Part shown: positions 1 through 13,104 of the stretch, piece after piece
Position numbering within the stretch: position 1 is the stretch's first letter
Layout: the number at the start of each line of letters is the position of its first letter
Assembly (NCBI RefSeq): GCF_009914755.1
Contig: NC_060930.1
DNA: 64,000 bases
From: the human T2T-CHM13v2.0 reference genome, Homo sapiens
Reading direction: 5' to 3' (one strand)
The notes under the pieces: model-generated
What the model saw: only the letters and a program-made list of their open reading frames with translations
Database searches by the model: none
Told to the model about the DNA's origin: nothing
Made by a program: the position numbers and the translations under genes

Positions 1-19
1 ATTTATTAGAGGACATGAG

Positions 20-150
20 CTTTAGTCTGAGCTTAGTCAACAACTAGTCATAGACCTTGAGCAAGTCACTTTAATCTTATTGCCCCTCAGTTTCCCTATC
101 TGTAAAATAATAGAGTTAAATTACATGATTTTCTAAAGTCCATCCTAAAA
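20..150 (+). mobile_element. MIR (SINE) core fragment
   Basis: gaccttgagcaagtcactttaatctt...cctcagtttccctatctgtaaaataa matches the MIR core. Confidence 0.75.
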
Positions 151-155
151 TCTGA

Positions 156-504
<349 letters not shown>

Positions 505-624
505 TAGATTAATTCTTATACTTCCCCAACTTTAAACATATTCAAATAAGTGATAAAAATCAAAACTCTATTGAAACTCTTACCAAAAGAGTATCCAAAT
601 TGTCAGCTTTTGAAGGCTGCACGC

Positions 625-772
625 TACCACACCCAGCTAATTTTTGTATTATTTTTGTAGAGACGGGGTTTCACCATGTTGGCCAGGCTGGTCTCAAACT
701 CCTGGCAGCAAGTGATCCACCCCACTCCACCTCCCAAAGTGCTGGGATTACAGATATTAGCCACAACCCTGG
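625..772 (-). mobile_element. Alu left-arm fragment
   Basis: cccagctaatttttgta...gagacggggtttcaccatgttggccaggctggtctc...gctgggattaca. Confidence 0.9.
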
Positions 773-1439
773 TGTTGTAAATATTTAACTAGTGATCATA
801 GGAGAGGATGCCTGATCAAAAATATCAAAAACAATATGAAATACATACACAAAAGTAATTATAAAAATCCCAAATCAACAAATTTGTATAAATTTACAAA
901 CATATACATCTGGAAACATCATGCCAATATTATGTTTATGTGTTTAAAAATTGTTTTTTTCATTTAGAAATGCATAATAGTCATGGATGAAATTATATGG
1001 CATCTGAGATTGATTTCATAATAATTCAACATGTTGGGAGATGAGTAGCATTGGGTAGGAAAAAAAGAAACTAGATTAGCCATTAATTGATAAATATTGT
1101 GGTTGAAGAATGGCCACTAGGGAGTTCATTATTATCCACATTTGAATATGTTTTAATTTTACATAAGGATTTTTTAAATTTTTGTTTCTATGTTGAATAA
1201 AAACACAAAGGCATAGAATGCTGCATTCGTGTTTACAGGGGAAAGGCCATCATAAAATATTTGCATTTATTTTCATAAAGAAATATTGGAGACTAATAAA
1301 AGCAGTTATTTATGATGGTGGGAACAAAAAGAACAGCTGTTAAGTGTGGGAGCAAAAGTTCCCAATATATAACATTTGGTATCACTTTGATATTTAAATC
1401 ACGAATATATATTACCTATTCAAAAAGCTATAATTATTC

Positions 1440-2425
1440 CACTAAAATGTAATAGTGATACAATATTTTTTCAATAAATAGCACATTGATAATTAGATAT
1501 CCATATAAGAGAACAAATTAACCTTAATTCCTACCTCATACCATACACAAAGACCAATTCCACATGGTTTCTAAATCTAAATTTGAAGAGTATAATAATA
1601 AAGCTTTTGGAAGAAAATACAGGTGACTATCTTAATAGTTTGAAGGTAGACAATGACTTATTAAATAGGATGCAAAAATTACAAACCATAAAATAACAAA
1701 GTGGTAAATTGGAGTTCATTAAGAATGTCTTTATCAAAGAACATAATTCAAAAGGAAAAGTTGCAGTATGGCAGAAGGTACTTACAATATGTATAATAAT
1801 ATACATGTTGAATCCAAAATAATATCTAGGATATATATTTTTGAATTATATAGCTATAAAAATGGCAGATAAATCTATTTAAAATATAATAGACCTAATT
1901 TTCCACTCTTCAAGTGTAACTGTAGGCAGTGACTTCCTTTCAATGAGTTTGGATAGGGAAGAAAAGAGTAATTTTAGAGTAGAGAAATTTGACAAAATAC
2001 TATCTCAGCCAGGTGATCAAGGTCAACATCAACAGTGATATCTCATATTGGTAATATTTACTCTTGGTATGATAGAATGAAAATATGACACTTTACCTCT
2101 GTGGTTTTCCCCACCAAAACCCCGAACTTCAGTTTAGTGATGAGAAAAATATCAGACAAATCCCAATTAAGGGACATTCTACAAAATACCTTATCAGTGC
2201 TTCTCAAAATTGTCAAGGTCATCAAAAACAAAGTCTAAGAAACTCTTACAGCTTAGAAGAGCCCAAGGAAGCATGAGAAATGTAATGCAGCACCCTGGAT
2301 GGGGTCCTGGAATATTAAAAATACATTAGGTAATAACTAAGAAAATATGAAAACTGTGACTTTAGTTAATAATATTGTATCAATATTGATTTGTTAATTG
2401 TAACAAATGTACAATACTAATTTCA
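1440..2425 (+). mobile_element. Old L1 (L1MC/MD/ME-type) ORF2 end and 3' UTR fragments
   Basis: Degenerate L1 ORF2 motifs (tacctcataccatacacaaa, aaagcttttggaagaaaatacagg) followed by old-L1 3'-end sequence (ctcagccaggtgatcaaggtcaacatcaacagtgat). Confidence 0.65.
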
Positions 2426-2509
2426 GATGTAGAGAGAGAGAGAGAGAGAGCATGTTAAACATGCTTTCAAAACCCTCTCTCCCCCAACCCCCTTCTTTCT
2501 GTCTGCCAT

Positions 2510-3180
2510 TAGAGCCCAGAGCCACCATGTAGGAAGTCCAGCTATCCTGAAGCTCCCATGCTGGAAAGAATACACTGAGAAAGAGATGCCAAGGAGTCCC
2601 AGCTGTTTCAGCCCCTTCCTGTTTCAGTGTTTCTAGACTAGGCACCAATAATGTACGTAAAGAAGCCTTTCATATGGACCTCCGGCTCTCCATAGCCACT
2701 GCAACCTCATGAAAGACCCTGGGCAACAAATGCCTAGCTAGGCACTTCCTGAATTCTTGACCCACAGTAACCATAATAAATAATTGTAGGGTTTTTTGTT
2801 TGTTTGTTTGTTTTGTTTTTGTTTTGTTTTGTTTTGTTTTTATGGAGTCTCACTCTGTCACCCAGGCTGGAGTGCAGTAGTGCGATCTCAGCTCACTGTG
2901 ACCTCTGCCTCCCGGGTTCAAGCAATTCTCTGCCTCAGACTCCTGAGTAGCAGGGATTACAGGCGCTCACCACCATGCCTGGCTAATTATTTTGTATTTT
3001 TAGTGGAGACGGGGCTTCACCAACTTGGCCACGCTAGTCTTGAACTCCTGACCTTGTGAACCGCCCGCCTCGGCCTCCCAAAGTGCTGGGATTACAGGCA
3101 TGAGCCACTGTGCCTGGCCAATTGTGAGGTTTTAAGCACTAGTTTTTGGGGTGATGTGTAATGCAGCACTTGTAACTGGA
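2510..3180 (+). mobile_element. MLT1 (MaLR) solo LTR interrupted by an Alu
   Basis: MLT1F/G/H-like motifs (ctgcaacctcatgaaagaccctg, cctgaattcttgacccacag; ttttaagcactagtttttggggtgatgtgtaatgcagca) lie on both sides of the Alu. Confidence 0.7.
2792..3119 (-). mobile_element. Alu (AluS-type), full length with (TTTG/TTTTG)n tail
   Basis: Reverse Alu dimer; TSD-like aattgtagggttt / aattgtgaggttt on either side. Confidence 0.95.
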
Positions 3181-3589
3181 AGGGATTCCCAGAGAAGGCA
3201 ATAGTTGCAGGGAATGGAAGTTAGAGGGAGCAGTTTCCAAGAGCAAGGTGAGGCTGTGCCCTCTCAACCTCTGGAACATCCCCACACCTTGAGGATGCTT
3301 GTACACTCTAGTAAAGAGGGATGTCATACGAAGAAACATATTGAATCCCAGTGGAGATAATCAAGAGAAGCAGATGCAGCTTTTCTGCTATTTAGAGAGA
3401 AGGTAAGCTTCAAACTGATCAGGTCAAAGAGAGTTGGCAACAGCCCCAGCAGGAGCAAGAAGAGTATTTAGTTAGGAGAATGGGAGTGGCTTCTGGAAGA
3501 GAAGTTAAAACCAGCACAGTAATTGCAGATCTGTGGTCAACAGCTTTAGTTGTCTATTAAAACCTTCGTCCCTCCCCAAGGAAAGCCTG

Positions 3590-3812
3590 GCGTCACATTC
3601 CAGCTTCACCACTTGCTAACTGCAGAAATGTAAGCAAGTTACCTATCTTCTCTGTGCCTCAGTTTCCTCATAGGAAAAAGGCAAGATAATAATAGTGCCT
3701 AATTCATAAGTTATGATTATGGAGATTAGATGAGTATTTGCATGTGACATGCTTTGAAAGTGACTGATAGATAGCAAGGACTTGATACATTTAAGCTCTT
3801 ATTATTATTGTT
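3590..3812 (+). mobile_element. MIR
   Basis: gcaagttacctatcttctctgtgcctcagtttcctcat core; ends in ttattattatt. Confidence 0.8.
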
Positions 3813-4411
3813 ACCAGGTCTTTGGGGGTTAAAATTAGGAGATAAATCCAGGAAAAAGACTAAATTTCCTGCCAACCAAATGAGTATTAATATTTGGAGC
3901 ACTGCTGTATATGTGACCCTTTTGTAATACATAGCCATGAAGCCTTGGACCTACGTACTGGGTAAAGTAGTAAGAGGAATGCATATTTCAAAACTAGTAA
4001 GACATTTTTTTGTTACTTGTCAAATGGACAGATTTGTTAAAATATAATCCTCAATTCTGGTGAAAGGGCAATAAAGTGGATGCTCATACATGGCTAGCTG
4101 ATATCTAAAGCATAATATTCTTTCTAGAAACAACCTAGTAACACACATAAAATAGCATAATAATGTTTCTACACTCTGTATTGTAAATATACATTAATAT
4201 ATCTATCCTAAGTAAACAAGTAGGAATCCCAGAAAATGTTTATATACTAATGTGTTATTTGTAATTTTAAAAAGTTTAAACAGACAAAAATACAAAACTA
4301 CATTTCTGACAATGGCAGAACGATACAATAGAATACTACATAGGCATTGGAATGACGGTTTCCAAGAATTCCTCAGAAGCCGAAATATTCTTTACATAAA
4401 GCCCTGAGTAC

Positions 4412-4883
4412 TGCTGAAACCAAGAAAACCGCCAAGAATGCACAAAATTAGGTTTATTTAGCATGATGCAGCAAGGGAAAATATACTGAAGAAAAAATTT
4501 AGGAGCATCTTCACAATGGGGAATTGCTATAGGCTGTTTGTAAAAGCCAGTTTCAGATTGTTTACAGCCAAATACATGGGAAATTTGGTTGTTCAAAATA
4601 ATAATTATTTTGTGATACTTTCTTAGATTTTCTTATTTGGTTATAATTTTTATCCAGGAAGTGAGAAGGTTAATATGGGTCTAGATTTGTTGCTGGTAAA
4701 GAAACAGTGATTTCAAATTGGAAGTGTTGTATTTTTTGTCACAGTGTGCCCTTGTCTTTGTCTTGTTATGAACATCTGTATCTTGAGCAAATCATTGAAA
4801 TTCTATTTGAAAAATTATATTGGATTCTTCACCAATGTTTTCATTTTCCCTAGTTATTAGCAGGACCAATTTTTACTTTCTCG
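4412..4883 (-). mobile_element. Probable ERV solo LTR (family uncertain)
   Basis: On the minus strand it ends ...aataaacctaattttgtgcattcttggcggttttcttggtttcagca (polyA signal near a CA end); it interrupts old L1 3'-end-like sequence. Confidence 0.35.
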
Positions 4884-4969
4884 CTGCAATGCAAATCTCA
4901 GTTATAGAAATAATAGAAAAAGGAAATCCATACAGACATAGCAAAAATACCGTAAAGAAATAAATCAAC

Positions 4970-5784
4970 TGTTTAGGGGGAAAAAAAAAACTCTCTTAAA
5001 CTGTGTTTTTCCTCCACTCTCACACTACCGTAACAATCATCAACACCAGAAGACTTCTGTGACCAAATATGTGGGAGTTTTTCTGACACACTAAACAGTG
5101 GATACCAACTGGGTGTCCTCCGATTCAATTCTGACACTATCTACCTGGAGATAGTATAAGATTCCACAGATTCTGGGCTCAGTCCCCAAGAGTTTCCCCC
5201 AACCAGCACAGACACACACCAGTCACAAGTCTGGGTCTCCGGAACGTCTAACCAATTGCCTTCAAATTGAGGTTTTATGATCCCCTTTTGGGGTTTGATT
5301 AATTAGCTGGAGCGGCTCACAGAACTCAAAGAAACATTTATGTTTACTGGTTTATGATCAAGGATATTACAAAGGATACAGATGAAAAGATGCCTAGGGT
5401 GAAGTATGAGGGAGGGAGAAGTTGAGCTTCCATGCCCTCCCCAAGCACACCACCCTCCAGGAAAGTATATGCCTTCACCTATGTGAAAGCTCTTGGAACC
5501 CAGTCCTCTTGGAGTTTTCTGGAAGCTTCATGACATCAGCATTCCTTCTCCAAGGGTATAGGGTGAGACCATCTCTGGAGAGGGTTTTATGACCCACGGT
5601 CAGAAAAGTGGGGGAAGATTAGAGACCTGAATTGGGGCAGGTGAAGGAAGGGCAGGAGAAAGTCATAGACATTCTGTTTTCTTAGGCCTGCTACTTCCTC
5701 AAACGGCTGTAACAAGGGGTGTGAGAGTTATGAGCCGGGAACCATGGACAAAAACCAATATATGTGTATATACCATAACACCAT
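4970..5784 (-). mobile_element. MER21A-like solo LTR
   Basis: Minus-strand start ggtgttatgg...atattggtttttgtccatggttccggctcataactc; internal ctgggtgtcctccgattcaattctgacactatctacctggagatag; TSD ATCAAC at 4964-4969 and 5785-5790. Confidence 0.85.
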
Positions 5785-6677
5785 ATCAACATATTAAAAG
5801 TGAAGAATTTATGGATTGTTGAGTTACAGAAAGTTGTGTTTTCTTTTTCTATTATTTTCTACAGTGAGCATAAATTATTTTACAATCAGACAAGTAGTAA
5901 AATAATAAATTTTAAGAAATATATGTGCTGTTCTTCTAGAATATCTATTTGGCAAATTATTCAGAAGAGAGCAGTGAACCTCACTACAATCCTGGGTGAT
6001 GATACCTGGTAACAAAGCAGGAATGAGGCTCTTCTGTAGAAGGAGAAAGCAGCCCCTGTCACTAGACAATGGAATTAAGTCTACCTGCTCCATGGAAGAA
6101 GGAAATCCCAGGAGGATATGGCTAATTAACCTGGACCCTTTGTGGCTTACACAGAAATGTAAATGATTTCCCTCTGGTACCAATCCTGATAGCAATTTAT
6201 ATTCTCTGATGCTGGGTTTGGCACAAAGAAGGAAAAACTGGTTATGTAAAGGTCAAATGCATGATTCTTCAGGTAATCTAGTCCAATCTGTCTACCTCAG
6301 GACCTGCCATCCCATCTAAAGGTACAGCTTCCTCCAGTCATTAATGAGTTAGTTCCACCATGACATACATAGAGATTTTTCATGTTGATAACATATTCAA
6401 ATGATTACAACAGATTCACTAAAACAATTTTTCTGGTAAAATCTGACACTAAAATTGTTTATAAGCCCCCAAATTATAAAACTATTAAGAACATATAGCT
6501 AGCCTCCACACCATGGCCACAGTAAATATATGAATGACTTCAACTCTTTCCCATTCAAGGCAACATATGGAAATATGATTGAATGAGAGTGAAATGATGG
6601 CGAAAATCTTGACTTCTTATTTGTTCTTTTTTCCTGTATAATCAGTAAATATAGGTGTCTTGTTTTTTTAAAATAAG

Positions 6678-7020
6678 CTACTATAGTCTGAAGGTTTGTC
6701 TTTCCCAAATTCATATGTTGAAAACATAAAAGACAATGTGATGATATGAAAAGATGAGGCCTTTTGGCAGAGCCCTCATGAATGGGATCAGTGCCCTTAT
6801 GAAAGAGGCCCCAGGGGAACTGCCTTGATCTTTCCATAATATGAGAATACACCAAGAAGTTGCCATTTATGAACCAGGAAATGGGGCCTCACCAGACACA
6901 CCATCTGCCAGTGCCTTGATCTTGGACTTCCCAGCCTCCAGACAGATAAATAAATGTCCTGTTGTTGATAAGCAACAAGCTTATAGTCTTGTATTATAGC
7001 AGCCTCAACAAAGACATATA
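6678..7020 (+). mobile_element. MLT1A-like solo LTR
   Basis: agccctcatgaatgggatcagtgcccttatgaaagaggcccca and gccttgatcttggacttcccagcctccaga are MLT1A hallmarks. Confidence 0.85.
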
Positions 7021-7440
7021 CCATATACAAATTTCAGTATTTTAACACAATACTTGAAGCAACATACCTCACAAATGACCTTTCTTCTTTACTATGATTG
7101 AAAATCATCAAATTTATTTACAAAAGCAGAGGTGTTGCCTGTTAAGGGTGACTTTTAATATTTCCAGAGAGAATGGCATTGGATTCTAGTCTTAAACAAT
7201 AAACAGGAGATAGCCAGATAGGAACTTAATAGAAATACGGCATTCCAGGAGGAAAAAACAGAATCTGCAGGGTAGAAATGTATGAAAAAAAAAAACCCAT
7301 GGATGATTAGAGATGCAAGAAGTCTAACATAGCTAAAGCAAGGAAAGGAAAAGCATAATGGGAAATTCAGAATTTATTCATTCTATAAGCATCAGCTAAA
7401 TTTTACAATGAGAAGTATTGATCAAAATGGAATTCCATGA

Positions 7441-7570
7441 AGCCATGTGCGGTAACATTCACCTGTAGTCGCAGCTTCTTGGAGGCTGAAGTGGGAAGAT
7501 CACTTGAGCCCGGGAGTTTTAATCCAGCCAAGGCACTATAGCAAGACTCTTATCTCTAAAAAAATTAATA
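7441..7570 (+). mobile_element. Alu monomer (FLAM-like)
   Basis: Single Alu arm (cacctgtagtc...gaggctgaagtgggaagatcacttgagccc) with A-rich tail. Confidence 0.8.
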
Positions 7571-7580
7571 ATGAAAAACA

Positions 7581-7912
7581 CCCAGGCATCTTGGCTCATG
7601 TCTGTAATCCCAGCACTTTGGGAGGGTGGAGGTGGGTGGATAGCTTGAGCCCAGGTATTCAAGACCAGCCTGGGCAATATGGCAAAACCCCATCTCTACT
7701 AAAAATTAAAAGATTAGCCAGGAGTGGGAGTGCACACCTGTGGTCCCAGCTACTCAGGAGGCTGAGGTGGGAGGATAGCTTGAACCTGAACCTGGGAGAT
7801 TGAGGCTGCAGTGAGCCATGATTTTGCCATTGCACACTGCACTCCAGCCTGGGTAAGAGAGCAAGACCCTATCTCAAACAAAAAATAAAACAAACAAACA
7901 AACACAAAAACA
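7581..7912 (+). mobile_element. AluJ
   Basis: Dimer with J-type diagnostics (gcttgagcccagg, tgggaggatagcttga, gaggctgcagtgagccatgat); (AAAC)n tail. Confidence 0.9.
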
Positions 7913-7917
7913 CAGAT

Positions 7918-9459
7918 TTTTTAAAATTTCACTTCCTCCTGGTTACATGTGCAGATCATTGTTACATAGGTATACATGTGCTATGGTGGTTTGCTGCACC
8001 TATCAACCCGCCATCTAGGTTTTAAGCCCTGCATGCATTAGGTATTTGTCCTAATGCTCTCTCTCCCCTTACTCCCCACCCCCTGACAGGCCCCAGTGTG
8101 TGATGTTCTCCTCCTTGTATCCATGTGTTCTTATTGTTCAACTCCCACTTATGAGTGAGAACATGTGGTGCTTGGTTTTCTGTTCTTGTATTCATTTGCT
8201 GAGAATGATGGCTTCCAGCTTCATCCATGTCCCTGCAAAGGACATGAACTCATTCTTTTTTATGGCTGCATAGTATTCCATGGTGTATATGTACCACGTT
8301 TTCCTTATCCAGTCTATCATTGATGGGCACGTGGGTTGGTTCCAAGTCTTTGCTATTGTAAATAGTGCTGCAACAAACATAAGTGTGCATGTGGCTTTAT
8401 AGCAGAGTGATTTATAAACCTTAATTAATAATTAATAATTAAATAATTAATATAATTAATATATAATTAATACATTAATATTAATTTAATTAATTAATTA
8501 ATTAAATTACATTTAATTTATCTTGAGTTAATTTCTGTATAAGGTGTAAGGAAGGGGTCCAGTTTCTGTTTTCTGCATATGGCTAGCCAGTTTCCCCAGC
8601 ACTATTTATTAAATCAGGAGTCTTTTCCCCATTGCTTGTTTTTGTCAGGTTTGTCGAAGATCAGATGGTTGTAGATGTGTAGTGATATTTCTGAGGCCTC
8701 TGTTCTGTTCCATTCGTCTATATATCTGTTTTTATATCAGTACCATGCTGTTTTGGTTACTGTAGCCTTGTGGTATAGTTTGAAGTCAGGTAGCATGATG
8801 CTTCCAGCTTTGTTCTTTTTGCTTAGGATTGTCTTGGCTATATGGGCTCTTTTTTGATTCCATATGAAATTTAAAGTTGTTTTTTCTAATTTTGTGAAGA
8901 AAGTCACTGGTAGCTTGACGGGAATAGTGTTGAATCTATAAATTACTTTGGGAATAGTATTGAATCTATAAATTACTTTGGGTAGTATGGCCATTTTCAT
9001 GATGTTGATTCTTCCTATCCAAGAGCATGGAATATTTTTCCATTTGTTTGTGTCCTCTCTTATTTCCCTGAGCAGTGGTTTGTAGTTCTCCTTGAAGAGG
9101 TCCTTCGTGTCCCTTGTAAGATGTATTTCTAGGTATTTTATACTCTTTGAAGCAATTGTGAATAGGAATGCACTCATGATTTGGTTCTCTGCTTGTCTAT
9201 TGTTGATGTATAGGAATGCTTGTGATTTTTGCACGTGGATTTTGTATCCTGCTACTTTGCTGAAGTTGCTTATCAGTTTTGGACTGAGACGATGGGGTTT
9301 TCTAAATATACAATCAGGTCATCTGCAAACGAGAAAATTTGACTTCCTCTCTTCCTATTTGAATAAACTTTATTTCTTTCTCTTGTCTGAGTGCCCTGGC
9401 CAGAACTTCCAATACTATAATGAATAGAAGTGTTGAGAGAGGGCATCCTCATCTTGTGC
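7918..9459 (-). mobile_element. L1PA8-like 5'-truncated L1 with internal deletion
   Basis: 3' UTR aggttttaagccctgcatgcattaggtatttgtcctaatgctctc; ORF2 C-terminal peptides in ORF track entries 8737..9234 and 8192..8380. Confidence 0.9.
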
Positions 9460-9829
9460 AGATGAAAAACAATATTTTTTTAAAAAAGGAATTTTATGAT
9501 ACTAAAAGAGGAAAATCAAGAATTTTAATGAGAAATAAAATGTATTCAAATATGGTAAAGATAAAAATATGTGGTTACGTTTTTTGAAAGTTTGTACTTA
9601 ATAGAAATATATATTATATGTGCTGTATGATATGAATTATGTTATATGAAGATACAAGTAAACTAAGGAAGAGGAAGCTAAAAATTCTGCATTCTTAAAA
9701 TCACAACAATGGAGTGAGGCAAGGAACAGCTGAAGTCTGACAGTTGGGCAGAAATGTAACTAAATAGAGCTTGGGGAATGGTGCTTCTTGTGTTCCAATT
9801 ATGGAAATTCTTTATCTTGCTAATGACAT

Positions 9830-10206
9830 TGTATTAGTCTGTTCTTATGCTGCTATAAGGACATACCTGATACTGGCTACTTTATGAAGGAAAGAGGTTT
9901 AAATGACTCACCATTCTGCAGGGATGAGGAGGCCCCAGGAAACTTACAATTATGGTGGAAGGGAAAGCAAACACATCCTTTTTCACATGGCAGCAGGAAG
10001 GAGAGGTATGACCAAAAGGGGGAAAACCCCCTTATAAAAATCATTAGATCTCATGAGAACTCACTCACTATCACAATAACAGCAGCATGGGGGTAACTGT
10101 CCCATTATTCAATTACCTCCCTCTGGGTCCCTCCCACGACCCTTTGGGATTATGGGGACTACAATTCAAGATGAGATTTGGGTGGGGACACAGCCAAACC
10201 ATATCA
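9830..10206 (-). mobile_element. THE1 (C/D-like) solo LTR
   Basis: Minus-strand start tgatatggtttggctgtgtccccacccaaatctcatcttgaattgta; 5-bp TSD GACAT at 9825-9829 and 10207-10211. Confidence 0.92.
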
Positions 10207-10379
10207 GACATTATGATGAGAAAAACTGTATGCAAATTAAGTATGCAACTAAAACCTTTCTTAATTCCTCTTCATTCCCAGATATCAAGCTGGCAAGATT
10301 ATACAGCACTCACTGCTGATGTTTCTCCCATTGTGTCATCCCAACCATAATAATAATAACAAAAATAAAAAATTAAAAT

Positions 10380-10600
10380 ACTAGCTATCATCCATTCAAA
10401 AATTACTATCTTCCAGACCCTGTTTTAAATATTTTATATTGATTAACTCATTCATTGTCACAATAACTCAATAAGATAGTTTTATTATCCTCATTTTAGC
10501 AATGAAGATACTGAGACTCAAAGGAGTTAGGTAATTTTTCAAAGATCACACAGCTAATGAGTGGCAGAGCTGGAATTGAAACTCACAAATTCTGGCTCCA
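10380..10600 (-). mobile_element. MIR
   Basis: attatcctcattttagcaatgaagatactgagactcaaaggagttaggtaatttttcaaagatcacacagcta. Confidence 0.8.
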
Positions 10601-12727
10601 GAACAAAAATTAGTAAACTGGACCCATAAATAAACTATTTGTATATCCACACTTATTACCTATCTTGCCAGTGGCCTTCAAGTTACGAAAAGAAGCCATA
10701 GAGGGCTCTACAGGAGAGTCACAAGATCTGTGTGCCAAGGTAATAGACATGTCTCAGGATTCTTATTGTCCCACAGCATTTTCTCTTGTTCATGGGCCTA
10801 GTTTCAAGGGTAGCCCTAGGAAGCCACGCTTTTTTAATGGAGCCTCACTACACCTGATCACAGCTGATACGAACAAGTATGCATACCTAAATTAAAGACT
10901 ACCAGTACACAGATGACCAGAAACTAAACTCTCTTACTAGAATTTGAACAAAGAAACACAGAGACTCTGGCAACTGAGGTTAAAGAAATGTAATGCTCTG
11001 AGACTACTGGCCATGTGGAAACAGAGAAAACAAACAAGAATGTCAGTTAGTATTCTATTATTATTAGCAGCAAAAGCTGGCAATATGTCAAAAAGAAAAT
11101 GTAAGGAGACTGGGTAGTTCACATAATCAAAGAAAAGAATGGAGACAACTCTGGAATCTCAATACAAGGACTCAGGCATTCCCTGTAAATAGGAATCAAG
11201 TCTCTCGATGTTACTACCAGAGGAGTTTATCAGCTTTAATCACATTTAGTGTGTCACTTCACTCAAAATTAAAATTCCTGGGAAAATAGAATATTAAAGC
11301 CTAGTTTAAGTCACATGAAATGCCTTGTCTGGAGCTAGGGACTATTGGCTATTTTCAGGAAGAAAAAGAAGTTACCTAAAAGAAAAAGTGGGGCTCTGTT
11401 TTTAAGCAGAGGCTTTGGAAAAAAAATAACATTTTTCTCTATCCTTTGTCAAAAGAGGAGAAAGAGAGAAAGCAAAGATGAGAAGATCATGTTCATGTGT
11501 CACTTGGGAATCAGTGAGAGATGAAAAGTAATTCAGCTTGAGAGACAGAGAGAAGGAAGTTTCATTTCTAACTCCATTCCTGTGATGTCTGGTGTGTTTC
11601 ATTTCCAATGTCTGTGAACTATCTTGTATCTTTGCAATAAATTCCACCCCAATTGAGCAAACCTAAGTAAGTTTCTGGTTCTTGCACACAAAGAGCCTTA
11701 ACTAAGAGCCAGCCCCATGCTAACATGAGGAATGCAGTGATCACAGAAAAAATATCTTAGTCATTGAGAGACTCACCCCTAATGGGGAAAATCATTATAA
11801 ATCCCAAAATCAAAGTAAATACAAAAAGCTAATGGAACACAATAGATCATCCTTAAAACAGAAACTGGTGGGTTCAAGACAGGCTTTTAAAAATACATGG
11901 TAGACAAATTTACATTTGGAGAAAGGTTTGAAATGAGGAACTAAAGAAGGAAATAATAGAGTACCAAGAAAAGAACTTGTAAATAGACCAAAGACTTAAG
12001 AAACCCTGGCATATGGGAGACACAAAAAGTTCGTTATGGCTGGGAAAAAGGGTGAAACAGAAGAGAAGAAGGTTACTATAAGATTAGGCCTGCTAAGCCA
12101 TTTGAATTTTATGATTAAGAAAATGTGGGAGCTATTGAAAGATTTTAATTTGATAATTGTATTAGACACAACGATTTTTACATCATTTCTTTCAAATGTG
12201 TCAACTTCATTTGATGGTACCTGACCCCTAGACAGCTCCATCTCCATCAGGAGCAACCAGTCACTTGTCCTGGGAGGGTTACATGACCAGTTTACAGTAC
12301 TTTCTGCCACCTGTGGACTTAGATGAAAAGCATACATTGCTGATGAGATAGGAGGCATAGGAGAGATGACGAAATTGGGATGAATAGATAAACCAGGGTC
12401 ACTTGTATAGATGGAGATGCTGTTCTTTGAGATAAGATGAATTGAAAGGGTGGAATACAACATTCAAAGTACTAAAAGAGATTTACACACAAGATTCTGT
12501 GGCAGAAGAGAGGAGGAATGTGACTTTGACCTTATGAAAAGAGTAGGTAGTAATTAGAAAAATATCTAAAGAACTAAACTTTTAACTGATTCTTATAATT
12601 ATGAGTTTTCTACCTTAAAAGTTGGTGGGCGGGAAAGCATTTTAGGCATTCTACAATGCCTAAATTAGGAATTCATTTAAGCAATGCCTAAATTAAAATG
12701 TAAATTAGGTTAATAGACAATACTTAG

Positions 12728-13042
12728 TTTTTAAAAATATTTTATTTCATTTTATAATTTTTTTAGAAATGGGATCTCACTCCATTGCCTAGGCTGGAGT
12801 GCTATGGCAAAATTACAGCTCACTGGAGCCTTGAACTGAGCTCAAGTGATCCTGCCACCCCAGCCTCCAAGTAGCTGAGATTACAGGCATGTGCTCCCAT
12901 ACCCAGTTAATTATTTTATTCTTTGTAGAGATGGGGTCTGACTATGTTGTCCAGGTTTATCCTGAACTTCTGGCCCTGAGCAATTATCCCACGTTGGCCT
13001 CCCAAAGTGCTAGGATTGCAGAAATGAGCCAAGTTGCCTGGC
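12728..13042 (-). mobile_element. AluJ
   Basis: Diverged reverse Alu dimer with gctcaagtgatcc / ctgagcaattatcc J-type features. Confidence 0.88.
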
Positions 13043-13104
13043 TAATATTAGTTATAAATAATACATGCAAATAGCTAAAAATTCAGAAATTATAAAAGGG
13101 TATA

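Noticed and set aside
11996-12463. 155-aa minus-strand ORF
   Set aside because: Non-ATG start, antisense to purine-rich, probably L2-derived sequence; no recognisable domain.
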